From: an uncultured Nitrososphaerales archaeon
GTDB lineage: Archaea; Thermoproteota; Nitrososphaeria; Nitrososphaerales; Nitrososphaeraceae
DNA: 64,000 bases
Reading direction: 5' to 3'
Assembly: GCA_963713605.1 (NCBI GenBank)
Contig: CAVQMO010000003.1
Coordinates: 352,001 to 416,000, forward strand
Part shown: in pieces, positions 32,958 through 42,666 of the stretch
How positions within the stretch are numbered: the first letter of the stretch is position 1
How the letters are laid out: each line of letters opens with the position of its first letter
Position numbers and translations under genes: made by a program
The notes under the pieces: generated by a model
What the model saw: only the letters and a program-made list of their open reading frames with translations
Databases searched by the model: none
What the model was told of the DNA's origin: nothing

Positions 32958-33169
32958 GAAAAGTAGAACTTAAAGAATAACCGGGTTGAGGTTCCCTTAT
33001 ATCAATCGTATGTTAGAATTCTCTAGAATGCTTAGAAATTTTCACTGACTAGATCAGCAGTAACTTCTAAAAATGCCTTAATCGCCCTTCACCCGTAAAG
33101 ATTTTTCTATGTTGTCTATTGAAGGGTCTTACACTTTTTGTTTGTGTGTGTCTGCGAATATGGTATTGC

Positions 33170-33556
33170 TTAATCATTAGGGTTACCTATGATTAATTTA
33201 TTATCTCTCAACGTTATAACCAGTACTTTATTCTTAATTAACCTGCTTTTAAGTTCCCTATCAATTGTTGCTACAGCGCAATTATGACAACTAGAATATT
33301 TAATGATGGCCTCGTCGGCGTACTTTGATGGGGGAAGACTAGCCAATTTGAATTTAGACCCTATCAAAGATAAAGCTGCCCTTGCCATCCTTGAGCGCTT
33401 TGGACCCGAATGACGTTCTAGCTCTCTTAATTCTTCCGCCACTATATTAGGAACAGTGAAATGCAAACTTCCTATAGATGATTCAATACTTTCAATATTT
33501 CGCAACGGGATCGAACCAAGAACCATCATAAAGCTGGTATCGCATATTACCTCCAT
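33170..33556 (-). CDS. PIN-domain nuclease (Fcf1/Utp24-like)
   Basis: VICDTSF, VAEEL, ADEAII, VATIDRELK. Confidence 0.85.
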   Translation of the reverse strand: MEVICDTSFMMVLGSIPLRNIESIESSIGSLHFTVPNIVAEELRELERHSGPKRSRMARAALSLIGSKFKLASLPPSKYADEAIIKYSSCHNCAVATIDRELKSRLIKNKVLVITLRDNKLIIGNPND

Positions 33557-33846
33557 TATCCGGATGAAGTCTATCAGTAAGTATTAAATCATCTGTTCAG
33601 GCCGAAGTAATCTAGCCTGCCTTGGTGTGAAAGAACTGAACTGTGAAAACTAGACAAATCAATCAAGCATCGTGTTACTGTGATAGAGATATCATCAGCG
33701 AGAATAGTGTTTACTATATTACCAAGAGACTTTATTTCTCTATTAATGCGAGGAAGAAATCATATTTCTACCTCCGCATTGGAAAAGGAGATAGAATGAA
33801 GAGTTGTTGCAAGTCTGGTGGGTCTGCGTTACATTCCAATAATAGA

Positions 33847-34398
33847 CTATGTATGCGAGTTGGTTCCAATGTCCCGTTTTTCGAATGTAGAGTTAAAAAT
33901 CTGATCATGTTGTAGCACAGCTATTCCAGTTATGTTCCCTAAAATCTCTATTAGTACTATCCAGCTTGGGGCGTCTAGATCCACCGGATTGCCTATTTCC
34001 TTAGCAATAGTGCGTATAAGATCTAAAGACCTTAGAGAAGAATTGTGCCTTTTTTCGACTGACAACTTAAAGGAATCAGAAGAGGATATTTTCTTTTTGG
34101 ACAAATCAACGGCAGCCATTGCTATTTCAGACGAGCTGGAATTTGTAACGGATTCGATTGGAATAACCCTCAAAACGTACCTAAATCGCCAGTCTTCGGA
34201 CCGTATCATACTCTTGAATTTTTCGGTTACCTGAAAAGGATCCAGGTGAGTATTGCCCGTAATTAATCCTGAAATATTTGTAACTTCAAAAATGGCATCA
34301 GAGTCACCAATATCATCAAGCAAATCGAGCATCTCATCTATGGCATCAAACTCTCTGTATCGAAAGGTTGTCGCTATTAGATTGAACTTGTTTAACAT
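33847..34398 (-). CDS. THUMP domain protein
   Basis: RYVLRVIPI, SFKLSVEKR, VDLDAPSWIVLIEILG..TGI. Confidence 0.85.
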   Translation of the reverse strand: MLNKFNLIATTFRYREFDAIDEMLDLLDDIGDSDAIFEVTNISGLITGNTHLDPFQVTEKFKSMIRSEDWRFRYVLRVIPIESVTNSSSSEIAMAAVDLSKKKISSSDSFKLSVEKRHNSSLRSLDLIRTIAKEIGNPVDLDAPSWIVLIEILGNITGIAVLQHDQIFNSTFEKRDIGTNSHT

Positions 34399-34496
34399 AT
34401 TATCTTCATCAGGATTAAGTTTCCCGCAAGCCTATATGTGAGCATTATTATAGCTATTCATTCTCCTCATGCTTTTTACTCTTCATATTTTCAATG

Positions 34497-35687
34497 TTAT
34501 TTAAGTACCTCTAGACCAGGCATAGAGTCACCGGCTAGAAATCGAAGAGTCGCCCCACCACCTGTGGATACGTGACTCACTTCACCTTCTGATACACCCG
34601 ATGCTTTCATGGCCTGAAGGGTATCTCCCCCACCAACTAGGGTCTTCGAACCACGCCAAAATGCAAGGGCCATGCTTTTTGCAATATTTATAGTTCCGTT
34701 TGCAAACATAGGGATTTCAAAGGAACCCATTGGGCCATTCCAAAATATAGTACCAGAGCTGCTTCCTCCTATCTCTGACGAATATTTTTGAGCGGTTTGA
34801 ATCCCAATATCAAACCCCGCTGAACCTTCCGGAATATCTCCTTCCACCACCACTGCCGAAGAACTTCCGTTCGCTGAAGAAGACACTATGTGATCCATAG
34901 GTAGCATTATTTTTTCCCCGTAAGAGGATAGAGCCTCAGTTGCCCATGCCAAATGTTCATTATCTATAAGCGAATTTCCGGTTTTTGATCCATTTGCGAG
35001 TAGAAATGTATAGGCCGTTGCTCCTCCGAGTAGAAGCTTATCGGCTTTAGGTAACAAGTTCTCCAGTGCGCCAATTTTGTCTTTTATCTTGACCCCCCCG
35101 ACAACCAGGATCAGCGGTTTAATCGGATTATCTCGTATCATGGACAAATATTCAACCTCTCTCTTCAGGTTCAACCCAGCTGCTCTCCTATCAAAAAGCG
35201 ATGCGGCGCCGTAAGTCGAAGCATGTTTTCTGTGAGAAGTACTGAACGCATCGTTGACATAAAAATCCCCCAATGAAGCAAGATGATTAGAGAATTCCTG
35301 ATCATTGAGTTCCTCTGCTTGATGAAAGCGAAGATTTTCTAGCAAAAGAATGTCTCCTTTATCCATAACTTCGATTTCCTTTTCTACTACACTTCCAACA
35401 CAGTCATCAGCGAATTTGACTTTATTGACCGGAAGTATTTCTGAAAGTCTTTGAGTAACAGGTCTAAGAGAGTATTTTTTCTCTGAACTCGTAGGACGGC
35501 CCAGATGAGACATCAAAATCAGTTTTGCTCCTCGCTTTGTTAGATATTCAATAGTTGGAATAGCCATTCTGATGCGATAATCCTCACCGATTACGCCGTC
35601 ATCTATGCTGACGTTGAAGTCGACTCTCATCAATATCTTTTTGCCATAATAGCTCATGTCATCGAAATCTAAAATACTTCTCATCAT
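34497..35687 (-). CDS. pgk: Phosphoglycerate kinase (bacterial-type signatures)
   Basis: RVDFNV, SHLGRP, LLENLRF, NDAF, WNGPMG, GGGDT, HVSTGGGA. Confidence 0.92.
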   Translation of the reverse strand: MMRSILDFDDMSYYGKKILMRVDFNVSIDDGVIGEDYRIRMAIPTIEYLTKRGAKLILMSHLGRPTSSEKKYSLRPVTQRLSEILPVNKVKFADDCVGSVVEKEIEVMDKGDILLLENLRFHQAEELNDQEFSNHLASLGDFYVNDAFSTSHRKHASTYGAASLFDRRAAGLNLKREVEYLSMIRDNPIKPLILVVGGVKIKDKIGALENLLPKADKLLLGGATAYTFLLANGSKTGNSLIDNEHLAWATEALSSYGEKIMLPMDHIVSSSANGSSSAVVVEGDIPEGSAGFDIGIQTAQKYSSEIGGSSSGTIFWNGPMGSFEIPMFANGTINIAKSMALAFWRGSKTLVGGGDTLQAMKASGVSEGEVSHVSTGGGATLRFLAGDSMPGLEVLK

Positions 35688-35875
35688 TTTCGGTATGTAA
35701 ATATAGAGTTCGGATTATAAGCCTTATCACGAATTTCAAAATGTTCTTAGAACTTATGTTACCATGTCAGTTTCCTCAGAATCAGTAAAACGATGGCAGT
35801 ATTTTCTTATGGGGGGTGATATATTTCAACGTGGTACTGGTCGATATCGATTTGCTAGAATGGCATAGTCAATTC

Positions 35876-35978
35876 AACAAGTATCTTCCTCTCATTAACG
35901 AGGAGAAAAATTGCCAAACAAGTATCTTCCTCTCATTAACGAGGAGAAAAATTGCCAAACAAGTATCTTCCTCTCATT
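35876..35978 (+). repeat. 41-bp tandem repeat, 2.5 copies
   Basis: AACAAGTATCTTCCTCTCATTAACGAGGAGAAAAATTGCCA at 35876 and 35917, partial at 35958. Confidence 0.9.
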
Positions 35979-36566
35979 GCCAATAAGAAGACCTGATCGT
36001 GATCATCAGTATTTTCGAAACCGGGAGGTCTGGATCGGAAGAAGCCGAATGTGCGCCACTTGGTCAACTCAAGAAAACTATTCACCCCCTCTTCCGAATC
36101 TAGTTCAAGTTCAGAGTCGAAATTACCTTGTAGTTGTGGGTAAATGAAAATGGTGAAGCATCATAATTACCAAGGACTTTGGGGGTGTCCTCTACTAAGG
36201 TACTATCTTCGATTCATATACTATATCTCCTAACATTTGTCAACGGATAATAAAATCTAGTGCCTATATAGTATTACTTACGGGTTTGAGTTGTAGCTGT
36301 GTCACCTTACTCCTTTTTCGCTCATCATAATATTCCAAAGTAGAAATGAACCAGCAACCCAAACATGCGGAGTCAGTATCCATTGAAGGTTTCTTCACTC
36401 TAATGCCCTTTGTAAATGCAATAAAAACAATAATTATTATAAAATAAATTACTTATCAAATCGCTGATCCTTCTACCCAGATATCTAACGCGATAGAAGA
36501 TAATTTTCAAGTCTTTTAGAGTGTAAAAGGTAATAGTGATATATTTGAGGAACGTTCTGAGTCCTA

Positions 36567-36785
36567 TTGAGTAGGAGAAAGGGAAGACTACGGGAAATAT
36601 TTAGTAAAGCGATATATGCAGATGATCCCAAACTCTATATTGTGAGTTATCGAGACTTCGATTCAATCCTGGATCTCCCTCTGTTAGAATTTGTCAGAAT
36701 ATCTGAAAATTTTGAGCTAATCCCCCTGAGCAGAATATCCGGCATTAAAAGGGAGAATAAAGTCTTGTATCAAAAGAGTTGTTAG
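36567..36785 (+). CDS. DUF504/MJ1316-like small RNA-binding domain protein
   Basis: REIFSKAIY..DPKLYIVSYRD....IPLSRI..IKR..KVLYQK. Confidence 0.7.
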   Translation: MSRRKGRLREIFSKAIYADDPKLYIVSYRDFDSILDLPLLEFVRISENFELIPLSRISGIKRENKVLYQKSC

Positions 36786-36787
36786 GT

Positions 36788-37171
36788 CTATCTCACTATA
36801 ATGTTTCCTCTCATAGTGGCGGGATGAAGAGAGCAGTAATATTCAAATTCTCCAGCTTTCTCTGAAGCAATTGCGGTAACAAAATCCTGTTCGGGTGATA
36901 GGATAGCTGTATTGATATTCAATTCATCAACAATAAAATCATGCCTTACCAAGTCTTTGTTCACGATGGTCAGCCTGTTTGGCTCATCGATTTTAGCGAA
37001 TATGGTAGGATTAGTTTGGTTGAACAGGTTATCCTTAGCGACAAGCAAAATACCTTCTCTTCTGTCAAGGGATGAGGGTTGCGGTGGATTCAGTAGATTT
37101 CCAATACCCCATAAGCCTCCGACAGTGATGAAAGAGATGGCTATTATAGCAATAATGTTATTGCGGATCAT
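36788..37171 (-). CDS. Membrane-anchored cupredoxin (blue copper) protein
   Basis: N-terminal TM; NKD..RHDF; GEFEYYCSLHPATMRG type-1 Cu ligands. Confidence 0.85.
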   Translation of the reverse strand: MIRNNIIAIIAISFITVGGLWGIGNLLNPPQPSSLDRREGILLVAKDNLFNQTNPTIFAKIDEPNRLTIVNKDLVRHDFIVDELNINTAILSPEQDFVTAIASEKAGEFEYYCSLHPATMRGNIIVR

Positions 37172-37506
37172 TTTTTATTGATAACACCAAATTTCAATTT
37201 TATCAGGAGATCGATATACGTCCGGTGCGCTATCTTGCACTAGGGTAGGAGGAGTAACTCATTTTAATTCGAAAAATAAATATCTATTCGGTATTATATG
37301 TCTTCATTCTGTGTTTGGTATGTCCAATCCTTTCTCTAGGTTTGGCTGAAGCCCTATCTCTGCAGCCACCCTACTTGTTCTTAAACTATTCTTCGGCACC
37401 TGTCACTAGATATTGCTATACGAAAATCCAATGGAGTGCGTCGTGTACTATGATCCTTACAAACTAAGTCCATAAGTCAAGAAATTGGTTAACCCTTCTT
37501 ATAAGA

Positions 37507-37621
37507 TGCGGGAGGTGGGATTTGAACCCACGGACCCCTTAGGGATGAGGTTTCCCCGCCGCATGGATCTGAGCGTCGTGCCCACGGTCTCACGCCTTTG
37601 GCCATGCTTGGCAACTCCCGC
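37507..37621 (-). tRNA. tRNA-Leu (anticodon CAG as written) with two introns
   Basis: Acceptor GCGGGAG/CTCCCGC-A, long variable arm, T-loop GTTCAAATC. Removing 37575-37588 (position 30/31) and 37552-37567 (37/38) gives TGAGG-CTCAGAA-CCTCA and an 85-nt mature tRNA. Confidence 0.85.
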
Positions 37622-38097
37622 ATTTGTTTCTCAATTGAATGAACTGAGATTTATATCCTGTCAATTCGATTCCTGATTCCTGAGATTATTCGTTTTCGAA
37701 AGGATTGATTGATGGTTGGGTCTAGAATTGCGCAAATAGAGTGGAACTAAATTAAGGATTTTCCTCTACCCTGTTGATGTTAGCATGTTTAAGATAACGA
37801 ATGAAGATATGGGTCATTGTATCTAATTAGATCATGTGGTGCGAATCTTGGCAACTTAAACTAGAAACATTTGATGGATATACCTCTATTCAGCATCTAA
37901 TCTTGCTGAAATTTTGGTAGGATCAGCAATTGATTACCTTGATACATCACTGTAGAAATTCCATAATTCTAGATATTTTTCTTTTGCATAAGTACCTGCA
38001 AAAGAATGGCAAAGTAGAATTGGCATGCAGCTTCCCAATTATAAAAAACTTAAAGCACTTCCTTGAACCCAGCCTAGGAACATTTGCTCTAGCATCC

Positions 38098-38820
38098 ATG
38101 ACGAATTCAGGAACAAACTTAAATTCAATAGCTGACATTAACCTCATATTGTACGAACATGAAGGTATCCAGATCTCATGGACGGGCCATGATGGGTTTA
38201 GGATAAAAGGAACAAACAGCCAGGCTAATCAATTGACGGTTTATATCGATCCCTACCAACTCGCATCCAGGTACCAGAATCAAAATGACGCAGATGTAGT
38301 TTTGATAACCCATAACCATTTCGATCATTTAAGCATAGATGATCTGAAACAAATAATTAACAACAACACCAGTATAGTGTCAGCCACTGAGTGTATTGAA
38401 AAATTAGCTGAACTAAAATTGAAAGAGATTAGTGGAATAAAACCTGGCGAAAAAACTACAATTAAGGGTCTGACAATTGAAGCGGTTCCTGCCTACAATA
38501 CTAATAAGAAATTTCATCCCAAGTCTGATGGAAAGGTAGGATTTGTCCTAATGATGAATGAAAAGAGGATATATCATGCTGGTGATGCAGATTTGATCCC
38601 AGAAATGGAATCTGTGGGTCCAGATATTGCACTTGTTCCTGTCTCAGGTACTTATGTGATGAACGCGGAGGAAGCTGCCAATGCTGTCAACGAATTACTT
38701 CGACCCAAGAAAGTCGCAATACCAATGCATTACAATGCTATTGTCGGTACAGAAGAAGACGCTAAAAAATTCAAAAATCTTGTTAAGGTCTGTAAAGTAG
38801 AAATTTTATCCAAAGATTGA
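38098..38820 (+). CDS. MBL-fold metallo-hydrolase
   Basis: WTGHDGF, IDPY, THNHFDH, IYHAGD, IPMHY. Confidence 0.9.
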   Translation: MTNSGTNLNSIADINLILYEHEGIQISWTGHDGFRIKGTNSQANQLTVYIDPYQLASRYQNQNDADVVLITHNHFDHLSIDDLKQIINNNTSIVSATECIEKLAELKLKEISGIKPGEKTTIKGLTIEAVPAYNTNKKFHPKSDGKVGFVLMMNEKRIYHAGDADLIPEMESVGPDIALVPVSGTYVMNAEEAANAVNELLRPKKVAIPMHYNAIVGTEEDAKKFKNLVKVCKVEILSKD

Positions 38821-38902
38821 AGAGGTTCAATCATTAATCTGGCGCCCTAAGTAGACTGTTTTAAAAAACTTATATATTATCAATTATTTCATATGATTGA
38901 AA

Positions 38903-38974
38903 ATGGCTGCTAAGAAAAAAGCAAAGTCTGCAAAGAAAGGAGAGAAGAAATCAACCCGATCCTCAAAGAAGTGA
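38903..38974 (+). CDS. 23-aa Lys-rich basic micropeptide
   Basis: MAAKKKAKSAKKGEKKSTRSSKK*; TTATATA about 27 bp upstream; T-tract after the stop. Confidence 0.55.
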   Translation: MAAKKKAKSAKKGEKKSTRSSKK

Positions 38975-39554
38975 TCATTTTATAGTTATCTGATCACAGC
39001 GGTTCTATGAGGTCACCCAAGAATCTCTCTTATTCTTTTTGTATTGCTCCATAGCACTTGATCCTTTTTTGTTGATTACTCGCCGATCGGCGGTCTTGAC
39101 ATATTTCATTAAACTTGATTTATTTATTCTTCAAATAATTCATTCTTTTTTCGGTATTGCGGGTCTTGAAACAGAAGTGGGTAGAGTACTTCGAGACTTG
39201 ATAACAACATATTGGACCAATTCAACTACTATATCTTTGTCGCGAATTCGACCCCTTGATTGTTATTCTGGAACTTTAGACATTTCCAAGCTCAGCATCC
39301 CAAATGAATATTGACGATTGCGACTTCACAGGGTATGATACCCAACAAGATCTTCATATTTCAAGCGCGATTTTCTATGGCAGTCTGAATACCATTTCAA
39401 TTTTCAGGTTGCTATAGGATAAGAGGTCTGTACAATTCCGAAATCGAACAAAGGGAACCGAATTTTTATGACAATGAAATAGATTTAGTTTCTTCCTAGA
39501 TCTAAAAAGGGAAACACTAACTATAAAAACCTCGAATGTATCGTAAAGGAACGA

Positions 39555-39678
39555 GCAGATGTGGCAGAGTGGTCTTCTCTAAATGAGAACAAAATAATGC
39601 GTCGGCCTTGAGTGAATTAAGTCAGAAGATAGCCGATTCGCCTTCGGGCGATCAGGAGTTCGAATCTCCTCATCTGCG
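39555..39678 (+). tRNA. tRNA-Ser(TGA) with two introns (D-loop and 37/38)
   Basis: Acceptor GCAGATG/CATCTGC-G; anticodon stem TCGGC/GCCGA; TGA at 39609-39611; variable arm TCGCC-TTCG-GGCGA; introns at about 39575-39594 and 39613-39630; 86-nt mature tRNA. Confidence 0.85.
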
Positions 39679-39687
39679 CCCTTTTTC

Positions 39688-40791
39688 CTAAAATTGCTCC
39701 TTTCTAATGGTTCCTCGGCGGTGTTTCTTTGGCAGCTTTGAGCTGTGTGCTGATTTTATCCTTCTTTCCAACTTCGAGACAATTTCCTTCGATGCCGATA
39801 TGGGATCGTACGCCACTGCTTTCGCATCAACAATGCTATCGTTTGTCATTAATCTTGTTCTAATGGAGTATTTTCTTGTCTTGTGCTTGTCTACGTAAAT
39901 AGTGACCAACTGAATATTTTCCAATCTCCCTTCAATCTTTTTCAGGAATTTTGTCATAATTCTTTCGATTTCATTTTTGTCATCCTCACTTTCAGGATCT
40001 GAAATATGTATAAAAGTAGGACCCCCATGCTTCGGAAGTAATAACTCGAGTGCATCCTTTGGTGTAACCACACCTATTGGACGCTTATTTCCTACTACAA
40101 CAACTTCTTCGTGATCCTTTAATTCGTCAGTTAATTCATCTATTTTAGTTCCTTGTTCCGCTGAGTAAGGTTCTCTCATCATATCCTTCACTTTTACATC
40201 TGGTACTACAGCCATTGTACCTACTCCCGGAGACTTGCTCGCTCTCTCTCTGGGTTTGGATAAGACATGTACAATATCCAGCACATTAATGATTCCTATC
40301 AAAATACCAACCCTGTTGATAATGGGCAAACGTGATATGTTATATCTCCTCATCTTTGAAAGAGCGTTCCCAAGGGTATCGTCGCCCTCTAGTACTATAG
40401 CACCACTCATAACTGCATCTACTGTAGAATGACCAAACCTAGCGTTCACCACTATGTCCATCTCACTGATTATTCCTACAAGTTTAGAACTATTCTCAAC
40501 GACTGGAAACGCGCGATTTCCTGTATTTAGTATCACCTCTATAGCGCGCTCTACCGTGACATCACGGCTTAGAGTGGGGGTTTTCGATATGAAATTCTTA
40601 AGCTTAGATTCAGGGAAGGCATTAACTGAAAGAAATTCCTTTGCGAATACCATCCCCAAATAGTCATTGGTATCGTTCACAATAGGAATCTGGTTTAATC
40701 TGTTTGAATGCAATAGATTAAGTGCCTTCGAAATAGTATCTTCAGGGGTTAAGGAAATTACATCCTTTATCATAATGTCGTCTACTTTCAT
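39688..40791 (-). CDS. 4xCBS domain protein with C-terminal HPF/RaiA-like domain (putative ribosome hibernation factor)
   Basis: Four CBS repeats, then a beta-alpha-beta-beta-beta-alpha segment (IHIS..EIERIMTKFLKKIE..VTIYV..YSIRTRL..IVDAKAVAYDPISASKEIVSKLERRIK) and a basic tail. Confidence 0.8.
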   Translation of the reverse strand: MKVDDIMIKDVISLTPEDTISKALNLLHSNRLNQIPIVNDTNDYLGMVFAKEFLSVNAFPESKLKNFISKTPTLSRDVTVERAIEVILNTGNRAFPVVENSSKLVGIISEMDIVVNARFGHSTVDAVMSGAIVLEGDDTLGNALSKMRRYNISRLPIINRVGILIGIINVLDIVHVLSKPRERASKSPGVGTMAVVPDVKVKDMMREPYSAEQGTKIDELTDELKDHEEVVVVGNKRPIGVVTPKDALELLLPKHGGPTFIHISDPESEDDKNEIERIMTKFLKKIEGRLENIQLVTIYVDKHKTRKYSIRTRLMTNDSIVDAKAVAYDPISASKEIVSKLERRIKSAHSSKLPKKHRRGTIRKEQF

Positions 40792-40855
40792 TATGTTTTA
40801 TGATGATCCTAATCATTACATTAAAAACCTTCCTCTACCTATAACAGACGATCGG

Positions 40856-41038
40856 ATGGATAATAGACGCCTTCTCATTATTGCTGCCATAATAATAATA
40901 CTTATTAGCGTAGTCACCATATATCTTGCCCCTTCCGATACGATTATCCCTATCCCTAATCCCAATGAAAATAGCACCCGCAGCAATAACAACATCAGTA
41001 CACCCCTGGAAGGCGGTCTCAATCAACAGCCTCCGTAA
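40856..41038 (+). CDS. Small single-TM protein
   Basis: MDNRRLLIIAAIIIILISVVTIYL followed by a P/N-rich tail. Confidence 0.55.
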   Translation: MDNRRLLIIAAIIIILISVVTIYLAPSDTIIPIPNPNENSTRSNNNISTPLEGGLNQQPP

Positions 41039-41170
41039 AATGGCACTAAAATAAAAGTTAAAGAAAGTAGTAAGTGAATTATTGATTTAATAGGTTGTCA
41101 GTCTTGTGGTCGGCAAAGAGTTGATTATAATATTCAAGTAAATGATGGATGTTATTGTATATGTTGTTTG

Positions 41171-42436
41171 TTACGCTGCTATCCCTGATCCTATTAATCT
41201 CCATCTATCAGATATCCTTCTGCTGATAGCTACTCGGCTATTTGGTAACAAACAGATTGGCTTCTTCAATTTAATCTCAATTTTTGTGGAGTCTTTAACA
41301 TTTGTAACTGTCCCTAATGTAGCGGCCGTTCCTATGTTCAATCGAAGAGGTTCTTTGATTCGAATAGGATCTACTCTTACCAGTTCTTGAGTTCCAACTG
41401 CAGTATCAAAAAGATAAACTTCGATACTCATGCTATCTACGTCATCAGGCAGAGAGGATGGCTTTCCTACTACAGAACCAATGAGTGAATCGCTCTTTAT
41501 GAAGGTAGGATCTAATCTTGTTCCAATTGCAACTAGACCACCGGGTCTAACGGATTCAACTAAACCTGCACCTGTTCCTAATGTTGAGATGGCAGAAGTG
41601 ATAGGCTCATATCTACTCTTCTTCTCATCGAAGAACCCGGGCCTAATCTCGATCTCATCTCCAATCGAAAATTCCCCTTGAACTAGAGCTCCTCCTATTA
41701 CACCGCCTTTGACCCTCTGGACTTGAATACCAGGCTTGTTCACGTCAAAAGATCGTAATACATGCATTATGGGTTTAGCAGTTTTGTTTCGAATCGGATT
41801 CTTCAGTTTGCTTTCTATGGCTTCAATGAGAGCATCTACGTTTACCCCGTGTTGAGCTGATACAGGAACGATAGGAGCCTCCTCTGCAGTGCTACCACTG
41901 ACAAAGGATTTGATCTCATCGTAATTCTCTAAAGCGCTCTCATATTCAATCAAATCTACTTTGTTCTGAACGATCACTATTTGCTTTATCCCCAATACTT
42001 GCAATGCCAAGAGGTGTTCTCTGGTTTGTGGTTGAGGAACTTTTTCATTTGCTGCGATAACAAGTATTGCCCCATCCATCAAAGCTGAGCCCGAGAGCAT
42101 ATTCGCCATCAAACTTTCATGACCAGGTGAATCTACAAAACTGACTACGCGTAATAACTCTCCTGGTTTGCTACAATTCACACATGTTGGACTAGAGGAA
42201 TAGCACCCTGGGGCCGAACAATCGGGGCACTTATAAAAGGCTGCATCTGCATACCCAACTTTGATAGTGATACCCCTCCTTAATTCCTCACTATGGGCAC
42301 TAGTCCATACACCTGTAATTGCTTCAACTAATGTAGTTTTACCATGATCGACATGGCCTGACGTTCCAATATTGATATTGGGTTGGTAACCATATTCTTT
42401 AACATACCAGTCAGGCAGATTCTCTTTCCAATGCAA
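41171..42436 (-). CDS. eif2g: Translation initiation factor 2 gamma subunit
   Basis: GHVDHGKTT, RGITIKVGYA, DSPGHE, NKVD, WRLIG; probable TTG start (MHWKENLP). Confidence 0.97.
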   Translation of the reverse strand: MHWKENLPDWYVKEYGYQPNINIGTSGHVDHGKTTLVEAITGVWTSAHSEELRRGITIKVGYADAAFYKCPDCSAPGCYSSSPTCVNCSKPGELLRVVSFVDSPGHESLMANMLSGSALMDGAILVIAANEKVPQPQTREHLLALQVLGIKQIVIVQNKVDLIEYESALENYDEIKSFVSGSTAEEAPIVPVSAQHGVNVDALIEAIESKLKNPIRNKTAKPIMHVLRSFDVNKPGIQVQRVKGGVIGGALVQGEFSIGDEIEIRPGFFDEKKSRYEPITSAISTLGTGAGLVESVRPGGLVAIGTRLDPTFIKSDSLIGSVVGKPSSLPDDVDSMSIEVYLFDTAVGTQELVRVDPIRIKEPLRLNIGTAATLGTVTNVKDSTKIEIKLKKPICLLPNSRVAISRRISDRWRLIGSGIAA

Positions 42437-42666
42437 TGATCTTCGTGAATTCACTGGGAATATTAAGGTAATCACAGGCTATTTTGATTAAAAGAAGAGA
42501 CCTTTGACCTAATTTCGGATCCTTAAAGGTTCAAATAAAAAACATCTTTTCAACCTATCGGCTTATCGAGTTTCTAAATAACGTATTTGCATATAACGAT
42601 TTGATGCGCGACTTGTAAATTTACAAGATATATTTTGATGCCGACCTAAATCAAATGTCTAGGGTA

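Noticed and set aside
33560..33660. Possible C/D box sRNA on the minus strand (CTGA..GATGAT..CTGA)
   Set aside because: No convincing C box at the expected distance.
35876..35978. Possible mini-CRISPR array
   Set aside because: Units are contiguous and identical with no unique spacers, and no cas genes are present in the window.
37485..37676. 63-aa ORF
   Set aside because: Antisense to tRNA-Leu.
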